Source: Carpediemonas membranifera BICM (lineage: Eukaryota > Protista > Fornicata). Taken from it: DNA of 64,000 nt. The position numbers and the translations under genes were made by a program. This document shows, in pieces, positions 23,046 to 34,322 of this stretch. Under the pieces are notes generated by a model, which saw only the letters and a list, made by a program, of their open reading frames with translations, made no database searches and was not told where the DNA came from. The DNA is taken from NCBI GenBank assembly GCA_019828565.1, contig JAHDYR010000041.1:101616-165615 (forward strand), given 5' to 3'. Positions within the stretch are counted from its first letter, which is position 1; each line of letters starts with the position of its first letter.

Positions 23046-23213
23046 GATGAACTTGAGGCAGTGGTGGAGGAGGAACTCGCGGTCCGTGTGGGGCAGGGTC
23101 TCGCCGACGATGAAGGCCATGGAAGAGGCGGCCTGGGTCATCGAAGGGACCTTGACGGGGTCAGCCCAGTTGTAGTAGAGGTGGGAGGCGTTGTACGCGA
23201 ATGAGGCGACGTC
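23046..23213 (-). pseudogene. Captured PIWI-clade Argonaute C-terminal fragment
   Basis: Translates DVASFAYNASHLYYNWADPVKVPSMTQAASSMAFIVGETLPHTDREFLLHHCLKFI; cf. Piwi [33 protein letters not shown]...LYYL. Confidence 0.85.
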
Positions 23214-24399
23214 ACCACTCCCTACAACGGCGCCAGGATGTGGTCAAGGGGGAATTTGCACTGAGTCACGTCGAACTGGTTGCGGGCGACGTTGTTATCG
23301 TGACGGTGAAAGAGTGAGGGGATCGGTCTGCCCCCGCCGCTCTCTCCATGGCACTCTCCCCCGTGCGCCACCCCTGATCACTACGTCTGGACCACTATTC
23401 TTCCACGGCGTTCTCTCCCTGGCGTTCTCATAGGCAATCTTCTTCTTGCCTTCCTGATGTTGATATTAATTGTTTCTGTGTACACAAGCTTGCTAATGTC
23501 ATTATAAGCTTCACGTAGTACTAAATCGTCTTGTATTCCCGGTATTATCGTCCATATGGCTGAGCATGAATAATGATGTTGATTACAAAGGAGGGAGAAG
23601 CTGGTAGTGGCTCTAGAGCAGACAACGTTCAATGTGCAGCACGCATAGAACAACAGTCCCCTGAATATTACTGTAACTGATCATTCCACGGATTTCGTTT
23701 GCGACAGCGATCGCAAAATTGTGCACTTTACGGCTGACAACAGAGAATCGTCTGCATGCACGAAAACGTCGCGTATTCACTTGCTGCTATGCATGCAACG
23801 ACTGGCCGTGAAGAGATGGAGGCTGTCGTTGACAATGTGCTCGGTTTATAAACGCTCCTTGTTGTACGCGAATGAGGCGACGTCACCACTCCCTACAACG
23901 GCGCCAGGATGTGGTCAAGGGGGAATTTGCACTGAGTCACGTCGAACTGGTTGCGGGCGACGTTGTTATCGTGACGGTGAAAGAGTGAGGGGATCGGTCT
24001 GCCCCCGCCGCTCTCTCCATGGCACTCTCCCCCGTGCGCCACCCCTGATCACTACGTCTGGACCACTATTCTTCCACGGCGTTCTCTCCCTGGCGTTCTC
24101 ATAGGCAATCTTCTTCTTGCCTTCCTGATGTTGATATTAATTGTTTCTGTGTACACAAGCTTGCTAATGTCATTATAAGCTTCACGTAGTACTAAATCGT
24201 CTTGTATTCCCGGTATTATCGTCCATATGGCTGAGCATGAATAATGATGTTGATTACAAAGGAGGGAGAAGCTGGTAGTGGCTCTAGAGCAGACAACGTT
24301 CAATGTGCAGCACGCATAGAACAACAATCCCCTGAATATTACTGTAACTGATCATTCCACGGATTTCGTTTGCGACAGCGATCGCAAAATTGTGCACTT
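23190..24399 (+). repeat. Tandem copies of the 671-bp SET-chromo spacer unit
   Basis: Period 671 (23381 vs 24052); other copies near 27720-28400, 29907-30510, 31893-32295 and inverted at 37506-39557. Confidence 0.9.
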
Positions 24400-24463
24400 T
24401 ATGGCACGTCGAGAGACGGCAGAAACATACCCTACAGCTCAGGTTGGCTCAACTGTTAATGTG

Positions 24464-24528
24464 CTCGTGGTCCGTGTGGGACACAGGGTCTTGCAGACCA
24501 TAAAGTCCAGGGATGATGCGGGCTGTGG
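24464..24528 (-). pseudogene. Diverged second copy of part of the PIWI C-terminal fragment
   Basis: ctcgtggtccgtgtggg..cagggtcttgcagaccataaagtccagggatgatgcgggctg aligns with 23075-23136 with ~11 substitutions and a 2-nt insertion. Confidence 0.65.
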
Positions 24529-24549
24529 GTTCAGTTTTATTCATTCCGT

Positions 24550-25908
24550 CTACAGCATATTCAGCAATGTAAGCTTGTCCTTCTGTTGCACACGTATCTC
24601 ACCACACCGCTTACACTCAGTGAACACTCCACCAGGACCAGGGAGGCGACTCGGTATGTGTATCTCCGTCGCGCAACAGGTGCTGCAATACCAGTGTCTG
24701 CATGCGTCACAGAAGGCTGCATTCGCGACGTCTTGAGGCGGCTCCTCGACATTGGCTGACAGTGTAGTGGCACAGCCCCAGCATCGCCAGACACCGTCAT
24801 TGTCATAACGGCGATCGCAGTCTGAACAGACAAAGTTGATGTGGTCGAAGGTGGATCGCTTATGGTAAGGACACACGCAACTTATGTGAAAGCATGTCTT
24901 ACAGATGGTACACTGCGCAAAAGCTTCGTCCGAATCAGCATCTGCCCAGTCCAACGAATGACACACACCGCAACCGTGAATGATGGCAATGTCTCTCGCC
25001 ACGATAGGGTCGGCACGAGCAATCTCCTTGGCTGCCTGAATTTGGGCTATCTTGTCCGCAACAGCAGCATTGACAATCTCGCGAACCTCAGTCGTCTCGA
25101 AATGTATGGCGGCACCCGATACAGTTCGTTTGGGCGTTGCGCGTCTGTACGTTGTGCTTCCCGGCGACATGGCATCTTCCGGAGCGTCGCTCTGGGAAGC
25201 GATCTTACTCGAGTCATCTGGCAGCTCCTCTAACTTCTCTCGCTTGACCGGTAGGTCTGACTGGCTCACAGAGGAGCGTGGATCGGTGAACATCTCTGTC
25301 TTCGGGGCAGCTGCGGATAATGCAACAGGCTGGACGTCAGCCGCACGGATTATGCTTGTCGACCGATGGGCAGGCACGTTCACGTCGAACCGCACTGCAA
25401 CTCCTTTGTCCTCCATCACCCATGAAGAGACGAGGTCATAGATGGCGTTCATGGCTGAAGTCCGGGCGCTATAGCGGACGAAAACGCCGGAAACATCATT
25501 GTCACCATTAAATCTGCTTGAAATGGCGACTTTGTATCTTACGCCCTTGTGTATGGTCTTGTCTAGGCCGAAGTCGATGAGTGCCTCCCTAAGTGCGCTA
25601 CCTGATACATAAGATTTTGCAAAACCTTCCTCGTCGCCACTGCTGTTCTTCCCTGGGAGGCGTTGCTTCAGCTGGAGTTGAACGATCTTTGGGTGACATT
25701 CAAACACCACTGACAGGTTCTGTAGGAAGTTGCCAAAGGAATTCCATATGGCTCGGAGTTTCGTCCCTTCCTGCTTCCCTGTGAGGAATTCCTCGTTCGC
25801 AACGTAGCAGAATGCGTTCAGATAGAGCCGAAGAAGCTTCTTTCGGCGCCCAGAAACCGTATTCTTCGTTCCCATCAGCAGCGCTTGATCGTCATAAAGT
25901 GCACGCAC
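24550..25908 (-). CDS. PHD-finger protein
   Basis: CGVC...QCTICKTCFHISC...FVCSDC plus CxxC..CDACRHWYCSTC..CKRC. Confidence 0.8.
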   Translation of the reverse strand: MRALYDDQALLMGTKNTVSGRRKKLLRLYLNAFCYVANEEFLTGKQEGTKLRAIWNSFGNFLQNLSVVFECHPKIVQLQLKQRLPGKNSSGDEEGFAKSYVSGSALREALIDFGLDKTIHKGVRYKVAISSRFNGDNDVSGVFVRYSARTSAMNAIYDLVSSWVMEDKGVAVRFDVNVPAHRSTSIIRAADVQPVALSAAAPKTEMFTDPRSSVSQSDLPVKREKLEELPDDSSKIASQSDAPEDAMSPGSTTYRRATPKRTVSGAAIHFETTEVREIVNAAVADKIAQIQAAKEIARADPIVARDIAIIHGCGVCHSLDWADADSDEAFAQCTICKTCFHISCVCPYHKRSTFDHINFVCSDCDRRYDNDGVWRCWGCATTLSANVEEPPQDVANAAFCDACRHWYCSTCCATEIHIPSRLPGPGGVFTECKRCGEIRVQQKDKLTLLNML

Positions 25909-25977
25909 AATATCTCAGGGGGATCTTCCTGCTGGGCTGGCTAAGACCGGGTAGCACATCTTCACGACAGATCGACT

Positions 25978-27084
25978 TTATTCATTGTCCTCGTCAGCAG
26001 CCAGACGCTTCTCGCCCTCCGTAATCAATGCCTTTCTTATGACCGGATCCTTATCATCGGGACGTTCGGGTAAGCCGAACACGCGGCGAAGGAGGTTGCG
26101 ATTATCAGCTGTCTGCAAGCTGGTGATAAACTTGTTGACTGTCGGGAGCATATCCTGCCTCTCTGGTGCATCCTCATCAAGCTTCCGGAATGTCAGGGCG
26201 AAAGAGATGCATTTCTGCGCGTGAGTGATTTTCAGCGGCACAGCCTCATGAGAGAGCATCTGGCAGAACTCGGTTGGGTACAGAATGATATACTCAAATA
26301 TATCACGCTGTTTGTCCAGCGACCGCTCTTTCTTTCCTGACATCTCCGCCATACGTGTCATCATGTGCTTGATTCCACCGCTAGGTCGAGAGCTGAGGGC
26401 ACCAGGCTTCTTCAGTTCCACTCGCAGTGCGTCTGCCTGATGCTCAAGCTGAGCGGCGGAACAATCACTGCCTGCCATCTTGTAAATCGCCAGATGATAC
26501 GCGATATACACTTGCCACATGGTCTGTGGACCCGAGTTAACAGTCAAAATGGACTGGAGTGCATGAAGCTGCTCCACCGTCGGGTGCTCAGCTGCGTCCA
26601 GGGAGACGATGGTCCAATCATCAGACTGTTCGTTCGACCTGTCAATCGAACCACTCCAGGTCTTGGACAAGATCGTGTCAACATCATAGCACGACAAGTC
26701 ATTCTTCCGCTTGTGATGCTTTGCGGCGGCGTCTTGGTCAGCGGGAAGGACAGTCTGGCCAGCGGGTGAGCCATCGCCTTGGACAGCGGTTGAGCCATCG
26801 CCTTGGACAGCGGGTGAGCCATCGCCTTGGACAGCGGGAGGGCCATCGCCTTGGACAGCGGGAGGGCCATCGCCTTGGCCAGCGGGAGGGCCATCGCCTT
26901 GGCCAGCGGGACGCTGATCAGTGGCGAAATGAAGACGAGCGTCATCGTCAGAGGCGTTCAAAGCGCGTGAAGCGCTGATGGCGTCCATGAGAACTATTTT
27001 GAACTCCTTCTTGAACGTCTGCGTCCGCTTGTTCTTAGGAATGGCGTAAAGCATTGCCATAAGCTCTGAAGTGTCGAAATCCAT
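25978..27084 (-). CDS. Hypothetical protein with internal 8-aa repeats; homolog of 59021-60223
   Basis: YIILYPTEF..MLSHEAVPLKITHA vs YAILWPKEF..LASHQAVPLTLAHS. Confidence 0.7.
   Translation of the reverse strand: MDFDTSELMAMLYAIPKNKRTQTFKKEFKIVLMDAISASRALNASDDDARLHFATDQRPAGQGDGPPAGQGDGPPAVQGDGPPAVQGDGSPAVQGDGSTAVQGDGSPAGQTVLPADQDAAAKHHKRKNDLSCYDVDTILSKTWSGSIDRSNEQSDDWTIVSLDAAEHPTVEQLHALQSILTVNSGPQTMWQVYIAYHLAIYKMAGSDCSAAQLEHQADALRVELKKPGALSSRPSGGIKHMMTRMAEMSGKKERSLDKQRDIFEYIILYPTEFCQMLSHEAVPLKITHAQKCISFALTFRKLDEDAPERQDMLPTVNKFITSLQTADNRNLLRRVFGLPERPDDKDPVIRKALITEGEKRLAADEDNE
26757..26911. repeat. 24-bp coding minisatellite, ~6 units ((G/V)QGDG(P/S)PA)
   Basis: Repeated ccatcgccttgg(a/c)cagcgg. 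Confidence 0.9.
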
Positions 27085-27113
27085 CGAAATGTTCTCGTGC
27101 AGATTTTGTCAGA

Positions 27114-27782
27114 ATGCGACTGACCACGAAGGAGACGTATACGATGCCAAGTGATGACTATTGTCGTCTCTACAGCAGCAAGATCTTTACTGAGTTCAGT
27201 ACCGATTGTTCTGCGTTTGGCTTTTCGAGATCGATGCTTGCTAACAAGTGTGACATCAACGTGGACGAGAACGGCTTCAGTACTGCAGTTTCCGTCACTC
27301 AAGAAGAGCAATACTCCCTTATGGGAACTTCCGTTGGCAATGGGGTCATGGTGATGTCCCCAATCGAGAAAGGCACCATCATCGGAGCGTACCGTGGTGA
27401 GATCGTCTCGACGCCGGGCCCCACAGCGGATTCGACCTATGTCATGTCCTTCTCGCAGAAGCTTGAGTATCACGTCGACTCCAGCGGTCTTCAGTATGGC
27501 TGTCACCTTATCAACGACGGCATGGGCTTCTACAACTGTGATGCCCACACGTATCTCGTCTCCGTCATGGTGGATGACAAAGCCGTGAAACTGCCAATCC
27601 TCGTCATTGCGGCTACAGCCGATATCAAGCCGATGGAGTTCCTCTCCATTGAATACGGCGATGACTACTGGCGCGGTAAGAAGCGTGTTACTCTCTTCCC
27701 CTTCTCCATGGGTCGTATGTGCTCTGCAACGACTAGCCGTGAAGAGATGGAGGCTGTCGTTGACAATGTGCTCGGTTTATAA
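27114..27782 (+). CDS. SET-domain protein (NDG variant)
   Basis: VGNGV...IEKGTIIGAYRGEI, CHLINDG, EFLSIEYGDDYW. Confidence 0.85.
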   Translation: MRLTTKETYTMPSDDYCRLYSSKIFTEFSTDCSAFGFSRSMLANKCDINVDENGFSTAVSVTQEEQYSLMGTSVGNGVMVMSPIEKGTIIGAYRGEIVSTPGPTADSTYVMSFSQKLEYHVDSSGLQYGCHLINDGMGFYNCDAHTYLVSVMVDDKAVKLPILVIAATADIKPMEFLSIEYGDDYWRGKKRVTLFPFSMGRMCSATTSREEMEAVVDNVLGL

Positions 27783-28357
27783 ACGCTCCTTGTTGTACGC
27801 GAATGAGGCGACGTCACCACTCCCTACAACGGCGCCAGGATGTGGTCAAGGGGGAATTTGCACTGAGTCACGTCGAACTGGTTGCGGGCGACGTTGTTAT
27901 CGTGACGGTGAAAGAGTGAGGGGATCGGTCTGCCCCCGCCGCTCTCTCCATGGCACTCTCCCCCGTGCGCCACCCCTGATCACTACGTCTGGACCACTAT
28001 TCTTCCACGGCGTTCTCTCCCTGGCGTTCTCATAGGCAATCTTCTTCTTGCCTTCCTGATGTTGATATTAATTGTTTCTGTGTACACAAGCTTGCTAATG
28101 TCATTATAAGCTTCACGTAGTACTAAATCGTCTTGTATTCCCGGTATTATCGTCCATATGGCTGAGCATGAATAATGATGTTGATTACAAAGGAGGGAGA
28201 AGCTGGTAGTGGCTCTAGAGCAGACAACGTTCAATGTGCAGCACGCATAGAACAACAATCCCCTGAATATTACTGTAACTGATCATTCCACGGATTTCGT
28301 TTGCGACAGCGATCGCAAAATTGTGCACTTTACGGCTGACAACAGAGAATCGTCTGC

Positions 28358-29146
28358 ATGTACGAAAAAGTCGCGTATTCACTTGCTGCTATGCATGCCA
28401 TGACAAGATATAAGATTGCACCTGAGGAGGTGAAGAATTCTCATCGCCAATGCGTCAAGGACGCTGTTCTCGAAGCCTGGCTCTCATCTTCGGCTGGTTT
28501 CAAGTGGGCAACAACTCTGATTGACGAATTGAACGCTGCATACAAAGGCTCAATCACATACAACCTCCAGAGCCTTCTCTTCAGCGTTTTCCCCGAGGAA
28601 ATGACGGACCCGCGTGCAACGAACGACATACTGCGTGTGCATAAGCTGCTTGGCCCAATCATAGGGCAGACCGTCTTCTTGGCCTCCATCTGCAAGACTG
28701 ATAGCATCTCCATCACGCGCGATCACTTCATGTCTGTGTCCTCACCCGTGCCTTTGTCATTGGATGATCGCAGAGCCGCATACGTGGCTCATACCTTCCC
28801 GAGTGTCTGGTCGACACTGGTCGAGGCCCTGATGATCGGCAGCATCGACCAGGCGATCTTTGCTGATATCTGCCTCGCCATTTTCGAGGCTCCCGATCCG
28901 CAGTTCGCCGACACGAAGAAATATGCGCAGCTGACTGATACCTGTCTCTCGTACGCAGTGGAGAGTGTTACTGACAGGGATACTGAGCATAACAGCTGTA
29001 AGGTGAAGTGGTTCGGTTACCCCATCCCGACCTCTGCTCCGCTGTCCGAGTACAAGCAGTTTACGAATGAGACTCATGTGTCGAAGCGTGGCAGAGGTGT
29101 AGACAGTGGTTTTGTTGGGAAGGGACGCAGACTGAACCAGAAATAA
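28358..29146 (+). CDS. Protein with C-terminal chromodomain-like motif
   Basis: YAVESVTDRD...CKVKWFGYP resembles chromo YxVExIxD...YLVKWxGY; homolog of 61124-61969. Confidence 0.7.
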   Translation: MYEKVAYSLAAMHAMTRYKIAPEEVKNSHRQCVKDAVLEAWLSSSAGFKWATTLIDELNAAYKGSITYNLQSLLFSVFPEEMTDPRATNDILRVHKLLGPIIGQTVFLASICKTDSISITRDHFMSVSSPVPLSLDDRRAAYVAHTFPSVWSTLVEALMIGSIDQAIFADICLAIFEAPDPQFADTKKYAQLTDTCLSYAVESVTDRDTEHNSCKVKWFGYPIPTSAPLSEYKQFTNETHVSKRGRGVDSGFVGKGRRLNQK

Positions 29147-29762
29147 ACCATTTTGGGTGTGATACCGGCTTTGCTTCGCTTTGGCCGCCAGCGCCATCGT
29201 GAGTCATGACCTCCTGGCGGATGGCAGTCTCGACGGGAGCTTGAATGCCTCGAGGTAGCCCCTGATCCCCAACCTAATGCGAAGACGTGCAACCCGGCGG
29301 TAGCCAGCCGGAGCTGAGCCGAAAGTCGCCATCTAGATGCCCCGACGGAGTGTACGGTGGTTCGTGAGGCGACTGTTCCCCTCATGCCGTCCATATAGGC
29401 ATCCGCGCTGGCGTATCCTGCTGAATCCTTCGCCCCAGAGCTCATATCGGTTTCTTCAGAACGAAATTCTAAAGAAATGTTCGCGGGTATGCCTGATCAT
29501 CGCGCGTCGAAAGACAGCAGGAACGTACCCTACAGCTCAGGTTGAAGTAGGCTTGGCTTTGGTTCAACTGATAAATGCGCCATTGCTCCGTTTATATCAT
29601 CCAATGTTAGGATGCCTTGCTATGATGATATACCGGTCACTACGCTTCTGGGCGACGGTGGAGGCTGATGGTATGGCAGCGCAGGGGCATGAAGCGGGTC
29701 AGAGGGGTGGGTAGTCAAGGGATACTGACCGATCTTGGAACTTGGATGATCGTTGAGAACCA

Positions 29763-29930
29763 GATGAACTTGAGGCAGTGGTGGAGGAGGAACTCGCGGT
29801 CCGTGTGGGGCAGGGTCTCGCCGACGATGAAGGCCATGGAAGAGGCGGCCTGGGTCATCGAAGGGACCTTGACGGGGTCAGCCCAGTTGTAGTAGAGGTG
29901 GGAGGCGTTGTACGCGAATGAGGCGACGTC
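29763..29930 (-). pseudogene. Duplicate of the captured PIWI C-terminal fragment
   Basis: Identical to 23046-23213. Confidence 0.85.
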
Positions 29931-30471
29931 ACCACTCCCTACAACGGCGCCAGGATGTGGTCAAGGGGGAATTTGCACTGAGTCACGTCGAACTGGTTGC
30001 GGGCGACGTTGTTATCGTGACGGTGAAAGAGTGAGGGGATCGGTCTGCCCCCGCCGCTCTCTCCATGGCACTCTCCCCGTGCGCCACCCCTGATCACTAC
30101 GTCTGGACCACTATTCTTCCACGGCGTTCTCTCCCTGGCGTTCTCATAGGCAATCTTCTTCTTGCCTTCCTGATGTTGATATTAATTGTTTCTGTGTACA
30201 CAAGCTTGCTAATGTCATTATAAGCTTCACGTAGTACTAAATCGTCTTGTATTCCCGGTATTATCGTCCATATGGCTGAGCATGAATAATGATGTTGATT
30301 ACAAAGGAGGGAGAAGCTGGTAGTGGCTCTAGAGCAGACAACGTTCAATGTGCAGCACGCATAGAACAACAATCCCCTGAATATTACTGTAACTGATCAT
30401 TCCACGGATTTCGTTTGCGACAGCGATCGCAAAATTGTGCACTTTACGGCTGACAACAGAGAATCGTCTGC

Positions 30472-31258
30472 ATGTACGAAAAAGTCGCGTATTCACTTGC
30501 TGCTATGCATGCCATGACAAGATATAAGATTGCACCTGAGGAGGTGAAGAATTCTCATCGCCAATGCGTCAAGGACGCTGTTCTCGAAGCCTGGCTCTCA
30601 TCTTCGGCTGGTTTCAAGTGGGCAACAACTCTGATTGACGAATTGAACGCTGCATACAAAGGCTCAATCACATACAACCTCCAGAGCCTTCTCTTCAGCG
30701 TTTTCCCCGAGGAAATGACGGACCCGCGTGCAACGAACGACATACTGCGTGTGCATAAGCTGCTTGGCCCAATCATAGGGCAGACCGTCTTCTTGGCCTC
30801 CATCTGCAAGACTGATAGCATCTCCATCACGCGCGATCACTTCATGTCTGTGTCCTCACCCGTGCCTTTGTCATTGGATGATCGCAGAGCCGCATACGTG
30901 GCTCATACCTTCCCGAGTGTCTGGTCGACACTGGTCGAGGCCCTGATGATCGGCAGCATCGACCAGGCGATCTTTGCTGATATCTGCCTCGCCATTTTCG
31001 AGGCTCCCGATCCGCAGTTCGCCGACACGAAGAAATATGCGCAGCTGACTGATACCTGTCTCGTACGCAGTGGAGAGTGTTACTGACAGGGATACTGAGC
31101 ATAACAGCTGTAAGGTGAAGTGGTTCGGTTACCCCATCCCGACCTCTGCTCCGCTGTCCGAGTACAAGCAGTTTACGAATGAGACTCATGTGTCGAAGCG
31201 TGGCAGAGGTGTAGACAGTGGTTTTGTTGGGAAGGGACGCAGACTGAACCAGAAATAA
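30472..31258 (+). pseudogene. Duplicate chromodomain gene with 2-nt deletion near 31060
   Basis: Copy of 28358-29146; may be an assembly indel. Confidence 0.65.
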
Positions 31259-32469
31259 ACCATTTTGGGTGTGATACCGGCTTTGCTTCGCTTTGGCCGC
31301 CAGCGCCATCGTGAGTCATGACCTCCTGGCGGATGGCAGTCTCGACGGGAGCTTGAATGCCTCGAGGTAGCCCTGATCCCCAACCTAATGCGAAGACGTG
31401 CAACCCGGCGGTAGCCAGCCGGAGCTGAGCCGAAAGTCGCCATCTAGATGCCCCGACGGAGTGTACGGTGGTTCGTGAGGCGACTGTTCCCCTCATGCCG
31501 TCCATATAGGCATCCGCGCTGGCGTATCCTGCTGAATCCTTCGCCCCAGAGCTCATATCGGTTTCTTCAGAACGAAATTCTAAAGAAATGTTCGCGGGTA
31601 TGCCTGATCATCGCGCGTCGAAAGACAGCAGGAACGTACCCTACAGCTCAGGTTGAAGTAGGCTTGGCTTTGGTTCAACTGATAAATGCGCCATTGCTCC
31701 GTTTATATCATCCAATGTTAGGATGCCTTGCTATGATGATATACCGGTCACTACGCTTCTGGGCGACGGTGGAGGCTGATGGTATGGCAGCGCAGGGGCA
31801 TGAAGCGGGTCAGAGGGGTGGGTAGTCAAGGGATACTGACCGATCTTGGAACTTGGATGATCGTTGAGAACCAGATGAACTTGAGGCAGTGGTCCCCGCC
31901 GCTCTCTCCATGGCACTCTCCCCCGTGCGCCACCCCTGATCACTACGTCTGGACCACTATTCTTCCACGGCGTTCTCTCCCTGGCGTTCTCATAGGCAAT
32001 CTTCTTCTTGCCTTCCTGATGTTGATATTAATTGTTTCTGTGTACACAAGCTTGCTAATGTCATTATAAGCTTCACGTAGTACTAAATCGTCTTGTATTC
32101 CCGGTATTATCGTCCATATGGCTGAGCATGAATAATGATGTTGATTACAAAGGAGGGAGAAGCTGGTAGTGGCTCTAGAGCAGACAACGTTCAATGTGCA
32201 GCACGCATAGAACAACAATCCCCTGAATATTACTGTAACTGATCATTCCACGGATTTCGTTTGCGACAGCGATCGCAAAATTGTGCACTTTACGGCCGAC
32301 TGCCTGGGAAGGTATCGACTCGAAAGGATAGGGGCGTCTCTGTCTACCTCACAGATGAATAAATGAATGTATATATGCCTGTCTGGGCATCAGCGCTGTC
32401 GTTCAGGCCAATCTCGCTCGCAACCGAGCTTGAAGCAACGTCGACTCCTTTTGTCAATTTACTCATTAC

Positions 32470-34322
32470 TCACTCGCTCGCCGTCTCCAGTTTGCTCACA
32501 CCGGAGTATACTGCGGCGTGCTCACCCTCAATCAGAATAACGCCATCGAAGTCCGACTCATGACAGGCCTTGACGACAGCAGCGCGGCTTCTCAGTGTCA
32601 TCTTCTTGATGCGGCCACTCGCCATGTGTAGAACCGCATCGCTTATCCAATGGCCTTGCTTTTTTGCGTTGTCAATGACGAGCACGGTCTTCTTGTTGGC
32701 GTGTGCCCATGTCCGTATGGCTTCTGTCGTGAGGTACAGGCTCTTCTTATCGAAAAGCTCGTCGGGCTCGAACCAAGTGCCGTGGAATACGACTGACTTC
32801 TTCGCCCACGCGGTCAGTCTCGCTCTGAAACCGGCAATGGCGTTATCGTCCAAGTCCGTGTTGTGAACAAGGTAGTGAAGGGCGTGTGCGATGCAACTCC
32901 CATCTGGAGGCACGTTGTGTACATCACAGAAGCGCTTGATGTCTGCCATTGCACGAAGGTTGTCATAGCCTCTCTCAGGCTCAGGCTCAGCTGGCTCGCT
33001 GACGCTAAGATCTATGATATCAGCACACGGCACACACTCTTTGTTGTTGGCCTTCTCGGGCTCCGTCTGGGTGTTGGCTTCGCATGTCTTCACTGTCTTC
33101 ACCTCCGACTCGCCCTTCTTCTCATTTGCCTCACCCTCGTCCTCCTTCTCCTCAGGCTCATCATGCACCTCTGTCACCTCCTCTACCTCGCCCTCCTCCT
33201 CCTCGTCTGACTCCTCTGAGTTGCTATCGACATCAGCGATCTTCTGAGGGATTGTCATGAGGGCCTTGCGCTTCATGTGGATTGTGTCGCTCTTCCCCGT
33301 ACGGCGGGGGGTACTCGTTCGTGCTTGGTGTGTGCCCGACTGGGGTAGGTCGCGGCGAAACGGCGCGGGTGTCGGGCTGGCACCGATGGAGATGTCAGCT
33401 GCGTATCCCACGTCTTGCAGCAGCCTCGTGACGGTCTCCTCCAGCTCGAGTACTCTCTTCTGCGCCTTGTGATGGAGCACTCGTGCCTCCATCGGAAGAG
33501 ATGGGAGGTCTTTGTGAATCCAGTCCTTCATTTCGAGCAGCTTGGATACGCGAAGGTATCTGTCGAACTGGACGTCGACGTGGTTGTCCCCAGCAACCGC
33601 AGCTGACTCTCGAGAGGCGCGAATGCGAAGCTCGCCGTGCACCTCCTTCTGGACTCTATGCCACAGGACGTAGTTGCGAGCGTTATTGTCCTCCCACTCC
33701 TTGAGCTTCTGGGCGATCTTTCTCTCGCGCCGGCGCTTGATCGCGCGTTCTCTAATCTCATCGTCGGACTCGTTGTCAAAGTCCACCTCACTCTCACTGT
33801 CGCACAACTCAGAATCGTCGACGCCGCTCTCTTCACCACTGTCCACGCCACTCTCATCGTCGACGGGTTCTTTCTTAGCGCTCTCGGCCTTGCCCTTGCC
33901 CTTGTCCTTCTCCTCGGCGTCAATGGCCTCAATAATGGCCTTACGCGCCTTGCGCTTCTCCCTGGCTATACACGATATCAGCCTGGTTGTCGTCAACCCA
34001 CTTCGCCAGCGCGCCGAGCTTCTTGGAACTTCTTGGTCCGGCGAGTGCCATAAACTGCTTCTTCAACTTATCCTGGAGCTCTTCCTTCTCGTCCTTCGTG
34101 AGGCGGAATTTCGTAGTGATATGGTTCAGGTTGATTCCTATATAAGCATTGCTATGACTACAAACGCTTCCTGATCACTAGATCGAGCAGTTTCCGTTCA
34201 TCCAGCAAAACCGCGCGAAGGACAGCACATTTGGCATGATTGGTGGTTGCCTTGGTGTATGCAGCCAATATCGCATCGTACTGTTCCTTGCTAGCGCTCT
34301 CAATCCACTTTAGCAAGTCCAT
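32470..34322 (-). CDS. Acidic/coiled-coil protein with C-terminal OTU-like protease
   Basis: NVPPDGSCIAHAL and EGEHAAVY; VDVQFDR motif shared with the A OTU; 5' exons inferred (GTTTGT...AG intron near 34138-34165). Confidence 0.75.

Larger units (their letters stand above)
27791..31892 (+). repeat. ~2.11-kb tandem duplication (spacer, chromodomain gene, HEPN 5' stub, PIWI fragment)
   Basis: Period 2114 (28358 vs 30472). Confidence 0.9.

Noticed and set aside
23381-23653. Repeated 90-127 aa ORFs in the 671-bp unit as real genes
   Set aside because: Non-ATG starts, mosaic composition and no diverged homologs; they recur only because the DNA is repeated.
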